A DNA stretch of 45,128 nt, taken from a virus. Its lineage: Duplodnaviria > Caudoviricetes. How positions within the stretch are numbered: position 1 is the first letter of the stretch; every line of letters starts with the position of its first letter. The notes under the pieces are model-generated. The model had not been told where the DNA came from. It saw nothing but the letters and a program-made list of their open reading frames with translations, and did no database searches. The translations under genes and the position numbers were made by a program. The stretch lies in the IMG/VR virus record IMGVR_UViG_3300022178_003255, positions 1 through 45,128 of that record. One strand, given 5' to 3'. This document shows positions 31,001-37,492 of this stretch, one piece after another.

Positions 31001-34000
31001 ATGCTTTTCATAAAAGATATCAAGATGAGGTAGTTGCCGCTGTAAAAGGGAAAAACGGTAATGGTATAAACCCCGAGGGTATTGAAACCATTTTTGATGG
31101 TAAAACTATGGGTGAGCACTACAATATAAATACTGAAGGTCAACCTAGAGGAGTCAAGCCTAATATTGTAAAAAACAAAAAGCTTGATAAAGTAATAGTG
31201 TTTTCTAGAACAGTCAATCCCGCTAAAGGTATTACGGTTCTAGATTTTGACGATACACTAGCTACGACTAAGTCTGGCGTTAGAGCTAAGGTTCCAAATC
31301 CAGACGGAACACCAAAACCAGGAAGAAAAGTTATATTTTTAGCTGGTGGAGCTGGTAGTGGTAAAAGTAACGTTATTAGTAAGTTAGGTTTAAAAGATCA
31401 AGGATTTAAAATTGTTAACTCTGATATATCCTTAGAATGGCTTAAGGAAAACTCTGGATTACCAGCTAATATGAATGATTTTACTAAAGAACAAAGAAGT
31501 AAGTTAGGTTCTTTACAACATCAAGCCAGAGGTATTGCTAGAAGAAAACAAATGAAGTACCAAGGCGAGGGTAATGGGGTTGTTGTTGATGGTACTGGTG
31601 GTTCTATCAAGTCAATGGAAAAACTAGTTAACGAGTTTAAAGAGAAAGGATATGATGTTAGCATGATGTTTGTTGAAACATCGTTACCAGTAGCATTAGA
31701 AAGAAATGCAGCTAGAAAAGAAAGATCTTTATTGGATAAGATTGTTACAAAAAACCACGAAGCAGTTCAAGGTAACAAAGATGGTTTTAAAACTATGTTT
31801 GGTGATAGATTTATGGAGGTTAATACTGACAATCTAAGCCAACAAGATGCAATGCCTACTAAACTTACAGAGCAAATGAACGACTTTGTTAGCGGTTATG
31901 AGAACAGACGATTAGATGCTGAGGAGTTTGCTAACGAAGGGGCTGATATACTAGATCAAGGTGGAACGTTTGATTTCTCAGAATTTAACAAGGTAGTCGA
32001 AGGTCAGACAGCACCATTGTTTAACAAAGCAATGAAACTACAAGGCAAGTTTGGTAACAAAGATATGTTTGTGTTAACGGCTAGACCAGCTGAGTCTGCG
32101 CCGGCTATATTTGAATTCTTACAAGCTAATGGTTTAAACATACCTTTAGAAAACATTACTGGTTTAGCTAACTCTACATCAGAGGCTAAAGCTCTCTGGA
32201 TGGCTGAAAAAGTTGGCGATGGTTATAACGACTTTTACTTTGCTGATGACGCTTTACAGAATGTACAAGCTGTACAAAATATGTTAGATCAATTCGATGT
32301 TAAGTCTAAGGTTCAACAGGCTAAAATACAATTTAGCAAAAATATTAGCCCTACGTTTAATGATATACTAGAGTCAACAACTGGTGTTGAATCTCAAAAA
32401 GAGTTTTCTGATGCTCAAGCGAGGTTAAGAGGTAGAAACACTAAGTACAAAGGTATAATACCAGCGTCCGCTCAGGATTTCCAAGGGTTATTATACAACT
32501 TTTTAGGAAAAGGTAAAAAAGGAGAGGCTGATATGGCATTTTTCAAGGAAGCCTTAATAGATCCATTTGCTAGAGGTATTAAAGAGTTAAATACGTCAAG
32601 ACAATCAGCCGCGAATGACTTTGAGAATCTAAATAAGAATTTCCCTGATGTTAAGAGAAAGCTTAACAAAAATATAGAAGGTTTAGATTATACAAATGAT
32701 CAAGCGATTAGGGTTTATCTTTGGAATAAAGCTGGGTTTGAAGTTCCAGGTTTATCAAAAAGAGATTTAGCGGCTTTAACTAGCGTTGTGCAAAATAATC
32801 CTGAAATACAAGCTTATGCTGATGCTATAGGTTTAATTTCTAAAAAAGATGATGGTTATTCACAACCTAAAGACTATTGGTTAGCCGAAAGCATTGCTTC
32901 TGATTTGTTAAGTGATGGTGCCATTGGAGATGTTAGAGCTAAGTTTTTAGGTGAATGGCAGCAAAATGTAGATCAAATGTTTTCTAAAGAAAACTTAAAC
33001 AAGATCGAATCTATATATGGTAGTAAATTTAGAGAGGCCTTAGAAGATTCTTTATACAGAATGAGAACTGGTAAAAACAGACCAATGGGTGGTGGTAGGC
33101 TTATGAATGGTTATATGAATTGGGTTAATAACTCTGTTGGTGCTATTATGTTTTTTAACATGAGATCAGCTATACTACAAACTATATCTGCTACTAATTA
33201 TATGAACTGGAGCTTTAATAATCCAGCTAAAGCAGCCGCAGCGTTTGCCAATCAACCACAATATTGGAAGGATTTTAGTATGATATTTAATTCTCCTTAT
33301 TTAAAACAAAGAAGATCTGGTAACCAAAGGGGTATTAACGAAGCCGAACTTTCAGAAGCGGTTGCTGGTAGTGAAAACAAAGCTAAAACAGCTATTGCTT
33401 GGTTACTTAAAAAAGGTTTTTTACCAACACAACTTGCGGATAGTTTTGCTATTGCGTCTGGTGGAGCTAGTTTTTACAGAAACAAAGTTAAAGCTTTGAT
33501 AAAAGAAGGTATGACCCAAGAACAGGCTGAGGCTCAAGCTTTTATAGATTTTCAAGAGGTAACAGAAGTTTCTCAGCAGTCAGCACGACCTGATATGATA
33601 TCACAACAACAAGCTTCGCCTCTTGGTAGGTTAATATTATCGTTTCAAAACACTCCAATGCAGTATGCTAGAATAATAAACAAAGCAGCTAGAGACTTAG
33701 CTAACGGTAGAGGTGATTATAAAACTCACATGTCTAAAATCGCGTATTATGGTGTAGCTCAAGGTATATTGTTTGGATCTCTTCAATCTGCTTTGTTTGC
33801 GGCTTTAGGTGAGGATGAGGAAGAGGAGTATGATAAAAAGAAAGAAAGAATAATAAACGGTATGATTGACTCTTTATTATCTGGTATTGGTTATGGTGGT
33901 AAAGCAATAAGTACTGCTAAAAATACAATAAGAGAGTACGCTAAGCAAAAAGACAAAGGTTGGAACGCTGATCACACATATACTATATTGCAGTTGTTAG

Positions 34001-34632
34001 GTTTTTCTCCACCTATAGGATCTAAGTTACGTAAAATATATGGTTCAATACAAACAGAGCAATTTAATCAAGGTGTGTTTGAAAAAAGAGGCTTAACTTT
34101 AGATAATCCTATTTGGTCTGCCGTTGGTAATGTTGTTGAGGGCGTTACAAATGTACCTTTAGGTAGATTAGCTCAGAAAATGCTTAATATAGATAATGCT
34201 CTTGATGATAATAATAAGTGGTGGGAAAGAGCGGCTTTACTTTTAGGTTGGAATACTTGGGATTTAGGTATCAGAGATAAAGATATTGAAGCTGTTAAAG
34301 ACGAGGTAAAAGAAGAAAAGAAAATAGAGTCTAAGAAGAGAGCTAAGATTAAGAAAGAGAAAAAGAAAAAAGAAAAAGAAGAGGAAAATAAAGCTGTTAT
34401 TGAAGACAATAAAAAGAAAAGTAAAAAAGATGGAGTTTGTTCTGCTGTAAGTAAAAGTGGGAAAAGATGTAAGACTAAGGTTGTTGAGGGTAAGTTGTTT
34501 TGTACAGTTCACGAGAAGGCAGAGCAAAATCAAACCGGAGAAAAATCACAGTGTAAGAAGGTTAAGAAAGGCAACAAAAGATGTAAGATGCAAACATCTT
34601 CAAAGAGTGGTTACTGCTACTACCACGATTAA
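25090..34632 (+). CDS. Giant polyvalent (probably virion-ejected) protein, 3180 aa
   Basis: HENLH zincin motif (~28315); sigma-70 region 2/3-like segment (~28940-29112); HAD motifs DFDDT/LTAR/K/ADD with an inserted GGAGSGKS P-loop kinase; helical C-terminal region; two terminal CCCH motifs. Confidence 0.75.
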   Translation: MTKAEVILNAINSGATDEELVVLENTPEEQFTVEVKEEEEVEEVEEETTATEVKEDPTPEGTTVKEESTVSTGEESSTESQKFSELDKENDRALRPDRYDVNGDLKPEFEVYTDSKGITHSRKVREKTDTSVGENDYVFRIDKTKDKVGQVVDMYNTVNENDEEVKGLLKSRPDPNIQDVIEEVQKSRYKAITDGMSQEELDDMHLMLKTKKGLNVTTTGIFALPEVVVEEDFITTEVTKIDIKRGKQVRALLADIDFNNKEVKEIIAEEYFDFSGIPLRNTGKPEDIIHDNRLLAKTIPLEKQQQFRRWKETGELPMYSSVDGFGISMDMINNAVASVKDKTVQTYFEGLSIKERFDVMKHMPSATPGTTSFVDYYKQRRKDEIDFKKKYGYTLSHKQKGPSNMDDRIYTPVNDYGADWAKHFSKAVNESSNDYIKKTSDRVIKDNKDLELEKEKFNALNGDFMARANKLNRELEGLGRVTSDSPPDVIDNYNAIIGELRVLKQNIADRGLGDIYADISRRSEKLKADIDGLTDVAEVNEDLSIIAYASGLNYSNIDRTVASIEKGLVNPVSVAGSDLIDFVSADTWDLGGKARQHSIKTDEDFEETFSRNLSFSWQNLDIWLPQALANNSASIAAVGGFFVNPALGYSLFFGMGYGHKVTDITRSRQAADKQIEGVNLKLSKVTTEDERLSLLKQKDDWQRKKDISYWQERTSGILAGTSELVWERLGSVNAIKNFSKWSRVVGKSGFKRAMGVGYGIGLTQVIELGEETGTEITNNISDIVNLKEDKTIIDGMNKDFFANVIVTGLALQGKNIGQTTWNLFSEQVRTRDQKKINGDRLQRIHEIDEQLQNPLTLNSIEVEKLENEKMDLIEQAGIETVMNIDNLNNLTFEEKQVVFEKARQAQETLRELEALGATGDLTSNYAKKNKKFLMDKYNELVGEKDQLLDKNGKEIRERAKNSNNPAAAAYNAGFNNFANNLARYNANKNGKQFTQINDISNLKQNEELFDDYQEILEAYEAGDYAFHSENGDVYVFQENVDNQIYGTVATNTITGEKVYSDNNTLEAMIAAVSPLHENLHDRNRTVGIIKDGKVVESAVEAIEGIEAEMQSLLAANRITQEVFDLFKARKDLYTDENSGQVNMEELINLVGDLHFIGALPISSFNNLFGLKSLLNNAASYFFEESAPMFKFKTKDIFGYVQSFYKQSKSRKLKLSTRVTDDKKAISLSKSTYDQFSPEELVEIIKDPLYDDTQTIAAENSLTKQFDLLALDALKYDTRKGDIAREEVIAAAREYLPGIINRFNPESAKFSTFVNGNIAPKQAVIYEEAKSLSFETVSLDAPQAQQLADETTEVESNLTEDKITKVNVLQVGKIASKQNEIRKATKVKKGDTHKQITDNNKGNIGSVIFNIPANKIANPKDNITTSSKIVNPQTGKPVKKGETGIPERSEATNIQDHFADINTAKSFIKILNPTNVSEKDADINKIGENIRVSRNVYGRAIGLPNRILEYFYDQAFKPDGKRLRSQGLTSQVGMWKLKPKFKNLNDTELTKVAEQFQRDLGITEQQEVNKLPTKENRSVIGQLLKGAAVVASMQVSLSSAQRRLAAFPTLARRGAKKAKAQEIADVTAGQSKLAFSKTGKTSLDNGTKRLNKTLNNSDNIIEAREEAGNIDPEFIDKENRDTLNKNLAFHKLKPMHAYDSATDIDFIIKGFKRISTVLNQETANYTIFFKSDRHIPANVRNNLIVDPKTGEQIKVRDYYKREIRIAFPPKTTYGKKFTGPASKYRKGKKFGKLYGQTAADFRAAMKTGRNYEGSGENTVKLTIPEINEMHESMGTQLWQRINDDINGPNGNRENARIWANYLDLATNNTEHPHRQWAEFIGWTKKPLGSNPKGNIDPNSEGYKVYEWEHAMQSAKSINYLMHSILGDYNFDAAFELIRRNYKLIALDNYDDKVKLKGAKRTHSMGDGWTVLDAFHKRYQDEVVAAVKGKNGNGINPEGIETIFDGKTMGEHYNINTEGQPRGVKPNIVKNKKLDKVIVFSRTVNPAKGITVLDFDDTLATTKSGVRAKVPNPDGTPKPGRKVIFLAGGAGSGKSNVISKLGLKDQGFKIVNSDISLEWLKENSGLPANMNDFTKEQRSKLGSLQHQARGIARRKQMKYQGEGNGVVVDGTGGSIKSMEKLVNEFKEKGYDVSMMFVETSLPVALERNAARKERSLLDKIVTKNHEAVQGNKDGFKTMFGDRFMEVNTDNLSQQDAMPTKLTEQMNDFVSGYENRRLDAEEFANEGADILDQGGTFDFSEFNKVVEGQTAPLFNKAMKLQGKFGNKDMFVLTARPAESAPAIFEFLQANGLNIPLENITGLANSTSEAKALWMAEKVGDGYNDFYFADDALQNVQAVQNMLDQFDVKSKVQQAKIQFSKNISPTFNDILESTTGVESQKEFSDAQARLRGRNTKYKGIIPASAQDFQGLLYNFLGKGKKGEADMAFFKEALIDPFARGIKELNTSRQSAANDFENLNKNFPDVKRKLNKNIEGLDYTNDQAIRVYLWNKAGFEVPGLSKRDLAALTSVVQNNPEIQAYADAIGLISKKDDGYSQPKDYWLAESIASDLLSDGAIGDVRAKFLGEWQQNVDQMFSKENLNKIESIYGSKFREALEDSLYRMRTGKNRPMGGGRLMNGYMNWVNNSVGAIMFFNMRSAILQTISATNYMNWSFNNPAKAAAAFANQPQYWKDFSMIFNSPYLKQRRSGNQRGINEAELSEAVAGSENKAKTAIAWLLKKGFLPTQLADSFAIASGGASFYRNKVKALIKEGMTQEQAEAQAFIDFQEVTEVSQQSARPDMISQQQASPLGRLILSFQNTPMQYARIINKAARDLANGRGDYKTHMSKIAYYGVAQGILFGSLQSALFAALGEDEEEEYDKKKERIINGMIDSLLSGIGYGGKAISTAKNTIREYAKQKDKGWNADHTYTILQLLGFSPPIGSKLRKIYGSIQTEQFNQGVFEKRGLTLDNPIWSAVGNVVEGVTNVPLGRLAQKMLNIDNALDDNNKWWERAALLLGWNTWDLGIRDKDIEAVKDEVKEEKKIESKKRAKIKKEKKKKEKEEENKAVIEDNKKKSKKDGVCSAVSKSGKRCKTKVVEGKLFCTVHEKAEQNQTGEKSQCKKVKKGNKRCKMQTSSKSGYCYYHD

Positions 34633-34662
34633 GTAAACAATTGAAAAAATAAGTGATAATAT
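34632..34662 (+). promoter_or_regulatory. Candidate bipartite phage promoter AGTAAA-N15-GTGATAATAT
   Basis: Second copy of the motif at 21836-21866 with identical spacing. Confidence 0.45.
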
Positions 34663-34666
34663 AAAG

Positions 34667-35746
34667 ATGGTAAGAAAACTAATAATATTGCTACTGCTTA
34701 TATCTAATATAACTGTAGCGCAAACATTTGGTAAAGAAGAGATTAAAAGCTTATTAAAGTATTCTACTTTTTACACGGCTGTTAACGGTGGAACATCACT
34801 TTCTGATGTTGATGTATTTTCTGTAGATAATGGTTTGTCTACACAGACTATATCAACTCCTTATGATTATAATTTTACCATAGGATTACGTAAGATCGCT
34901 AGGTTTGGCTATGAAAACAAAGCTCAAACATTTTATGATGGTACAGAATCTAATTACAGTGATGCGGCCACTGTCGGTAAAGTTAAAGGAGTTGAATACT
35001 TGTTTGAGGTTGATTACAAAAGACAAGAGGGTGTTGACTACATGGATCAACATCATTTTATCAGGTTTAGCTCTGATGATGGTTGCCCAGATGAATTATG
35101 TATAAACTTCTTTGCTTTAAAAATAGAATATTTAGAAGATGGTTTTGCTGATATTAAGTACTTTGAGGCATCGGAAAGATACAGACAACGTAAAAGTAAA
35201 AATTTATCTTGGAACGTTGGTTTAACACATAGACTTGCGGAGCCGTATGGCTACAACGCTTTAGATGAGTGGATGTTAGACAACGGTGATTTACATTATA
35301 CATATTTAGCTTTACAAGAAGGTTATACGGTAGATGTGTATAGCAACGAATACTTTAGCCCCGCAGGTGAACTAGTAGCTACTAGCGCTGAAGTTTGGGA
35401 GGCGGTTGTAGTACCTCAAGTACTAGCTGATTACACTCAAAAGAAAAGAAATGAATTAAAGAAAACCATACAGCACTCAGTTGTTGTTGGTTTTGATTAC
35501 TATAAGTACTCTAAGAAAACGTGGATGCATGCTTGGGGAAGTTTAATGCCTTATCATTATGATGATGGCAGCGAATTTAGCTACCACAATTATGTTGACG
35601 GTCAATGGTATGATTATTCTGGTGGATTGATATACGGAATAAAAGTAAACAAAAACTTAGGATACTTTGTTGAAGGAAAATACAATAAGTACTGGAATAG
35701 AGAATGGTACGATTTTAAATTAGGATTAAACTATACAATTTTTTAA
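34667..35746 (+). CDS. Secreted, outer-membrane beta-barrel-like protein
   Basis: Signal peptide MVRKLIILLLLISNITVAQ; alternating aromatic strands; C-terminus FKLGLNYTIF ending in Phe (BAM-type signal). Confidence 0.65.
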   Translation: MVRKLIILLLLISNITVAQTFGKEEIKSLLKYSTFYTAVNGGTSLSDVDVFSVDNGLSTQTISTPYDYNFTIGLRKIARFGYENKAQTFYDGTESNYSDAATVGKVKGVEYLFEVDYKRQEGVDYMDQHHFIRFSSDDGCPDELCINFFALKIEYLEDGFADIKYFEASERYRQRKSKNLSWNVGLTHRLAEPYGYNALDEWMLDNGDLHYTYLALQEGYTVDVYSNEYFSPAGELVATSAEVWEAVVVPQVLADYTQKKRNELKKTIQHSVVVGFDYYKYSKKTWMHAWGSLMPYHYDDGSEFSYHNYVDGQWYDYSGGLIYGIKVNKNLGYFVEGKYNKYWNREWYDFKLGLNYTIF

Positions 35747-35747
35747 C

Positions 35748-35993
35748 ATGAGAAACAAGCCACTACCTGGAATGATGAAAAAATCACCATTAAAAAACAA
35801 GCCAAGCTTTGATATTAAAGGATATTTTAAGGGCGAGCAAGGATTAATACCTGATTACAAGGGTGAATCTACTAAAGAGACTTTTAAGAGTATTTTTGAA
35901 ACTAAACAATATCCCGGGGGTTATTCAAAGCAAAAAAAATATCAAGAAAGAGGTCAAAGTAAATCAGCATCAAGCAGAAGAAAAACTAAATAA
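35748..35993 (+). CDS. Small basic hypothetical protein (SPLK motif)
   Basis: 81 aa, Lys-rich, tightly packed between neighbours. Confidence 0.6.
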   Translation: MRNKPLPGMMKKSPLKNKPSFDIKGYFKGEQGLIPDYKGESTKETFKSIFETKQYPGGYSKQKKYQERGQSKSASSRRKTK

Positions 35994-36275
35994 ATGGCAA
36001 AAGAGTTAAACGAAGACACTGGTTTTGTACTGAGTGTAAAAACATTAATAGCTATAGGTTTCGCTATGGCAACTTTAATTAGCATGTGGTTTATGTTGCA
36101 AGCGGATATTGCTGAGGCAAAAGAACTACCAGTTATACCACCAGATGAAGTTACTCGTATGGAGTTTAACATGAAAGATCAAATGATCCGTAATACTATT
36201 ATGGAAACAAAAAAAGATGTTGATGAAATTAAAAAGTCTTTAGAAAAAATAGAAGACAAATTATACAGCAGATAA
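35994..36275 (+). CDS. Single-TM membrane protein with C-terminal coiled coil
   Basis: Hydrophobic LIAIGFAMATLISMWFML followed by heptad-like KKDVDEIKKSLEKIEDKL. Confidence 0.65.
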   Translation: MAKELNEDTGFVLSVKTLIAIGFAMATLISMWFMLQADIAEAKELPVIPPDEVTRMEFNMKDQMIRNTIMETKKDVDEIKKSLEKIEDKLYSR

Positions 36276-36637
36276 TGGAGACAGAAGAAATAGTTTGGCA
36301 GCAATATGTTATGTATTTAATTGTGATGGTATTTGTGTTTTTTGCTAGCACTGCTTTTGGTCAAATACAAGTAACACAATTTAATGCTGGTTGGAATAGT
36401 GCAAATGATGTTTCTTGGGTTATGGATTTATCTGACTGCAAGACTATAGGTTATTCAGACATAGCTACTGACACAGAGGCACAGTTAAAGCACAAAATAG
36501 CAGTTGTACCTACTATTATAATATTTAAAGATGGAGAAGAGGTTGCTAGATTTCAAGCTGATCTTAGCTTTAAAATGGTAGCAACAAGAGAAGAAGTACA
36601 AGACGAGATAGATAATCAATTAATGAGCGATTTTTAA
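36275..36637 (+). CDS. Exported thioredoxin-fold protein lacking CxxC
   Basis: Signal/TM segment ending TAFG-Q; QFNAGWN in place of FxAxWCxxC; IAVVPTIIIFKDGEEVARF cis-Pro thioredoxin motif. Confidence 0.7.
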   Translation: METEEIVWQQYVMYLIVMVFVFFASTAFGQIQVTQFNAGWNSANDVSWVMDLSDCKTIGYSDIATDTEAQLKHKIAVVPTIIIFKDGEEVARFQADLSFKMVATREEVQDEIDNQLMSDF

Positions 36638-36638
36638 T

Positions 36639-36860
36639 ATGTGGAGTTTATTTAAAGACAAAAATGAAATTAACGAAAAGAATGTAGTAGGATTTATATC
36701 ATTTATAGTAATGGTATTATTTGCTATAGCAGATCTTGTAACTAGTTTTATATTTATAGATGGAGAATTAATAATTAACGAAGTAATATATAACTCATTT
36801 GTGTGGGTAACACTAGGGTGTTTTGGTATTAGTTCATTTGAAAAAGTAAAAGGAAAATAA
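36639..36860 (+). CDS. Two-TM small membrane protein, holin-like
   Basis: Two hydrophobic helices and a basic C-terminus (EKVKGK). Confidence 0.5.
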   Translation: MWSLFKDKNEINEKNVVGFISFIVMVLFAIADLVTSFIFIDGELIINEVIYNSFVWVTLGCFGISSFEKVKGK

Positions 36861-36861
36861 T

Positions 36862-36945
36862 ATGAAAAAAACATTTTGTAAAATTATAAAAAAAATAACT
36901 TTTGGTAAAGTATGTCTTGGATGGTGTGCTTGTGAAGTAAAGTAA
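36862..36945 (+). CDS. 27-aa Cys/Lys-rich peptide (not in the ORF track)
   Basis: MKKTFCKIIKKITFGKVCLGWCACEVK*; exactly fills the gap, with 1-nt spacers on both sides. Confidence 0.6.
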   Translation: MKKTFCKIIKKITFGKVCLGWCACEVK

Positions 36946-36946
36946 A

Positions 36947-37231
36947 ATGGCTTACGATAACAGAGGTGTAAGCCCACTTAAAATTACAGACGCATCTTAC
37001 GCAAAGAAAAATGCTAAGATGAGAAGAGATAATCCAGGTATGGCTAGTAGAAAAACTAGTGGTACACACCCAGATAGAATTAAATTTGCCTGTAGATTTG
37101 GACCACAAGGACACCCAATGAAAAACGAGAAAGGAGAGCCAACGGGGTATGCTCACGCTTTAAAAAACTGGGGTTTTGGTAGTGCGGCGGCAGCAAACTC
37201 ATTTTGTAGAAAACATAAAAAGAAAAAATAA
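36947..37231 (+). CDS. Small basic phage protein, DUF6321-like
   Basis: RIKFACRF...HPMKNEKGEPTGYAHALKNWG resembles the 'RxSFCARM..PMKDEKGxPT..ALxxW' small phage protein pattern, from memory. Confidence 0.5.
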   Translation: MAYDNRGVSPLKITDASYAKKNAKMRRDNPGMASRKTSGTHPDRIKFACRFGPQGHPMKNEKGEPTGYAHALKNWGFGSAAAANSFCRKHKKKK

Positions 37232-37488
37232 TGGCGTACAAAGATCACACAATGGGTAAGGGTAAAGCTAGGGTTACAACTAGAAATAAGGCAGCACATG
37301 ATGTTTTAGAAAAAGATGGTTGGGGCCACGGCCCTTTTAAAATGAAAGGGTTTAGTTACCCTGGTCAATCACCAATGTATAAAAAGAATAAAGAAGGTAA
37401 AGAACAAGGTGCAGACGGTAGAGCTTGTTGGGATGGCTTTAGATATGCAGGGACTGAAAACGGAAAAGATAAATGCGTACCAATATAA
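37231..37488 (+). CDS. Small basic protein with CWxG[FY]...CV motif
   Basis: FKMKGFSYPGQSPM and ACWDGFRYAGTENGKDKCVPI; TAATG overlap with the previous gene. Confidence 0.6.
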   Translation: MAYKDHTMGKGKARVTTRNKAAHDVLEKDGWGHGPFKMKGFSYPGQSPMYKKNKEGKEQGADGRACWDGFRYAGTENGKDKCVPI

Positions 37489-37492
37489 AACT

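Noticed and set aside
31321-31900. Stand-alone zeta toxin-antitoxin module
   Set aside because: The kinase is an in-frame internal domain of the giant protein and no epsilon-like antitoxin gene is adjacent.
25090-34632. crAss-type virion RNA polymerase in the giant ORF
   Set aside because: No DxDxD double-psi-barrel catalytic motif found; DFDDT fits HAD motif I, with motifs II-IV downstream.
37409-37492. ORF-track start of the 650-aa protein
   Set aside because: Overlaps the upstream gene; the ATG at 37493 gives a clean signal peptide right after the upstream stop.
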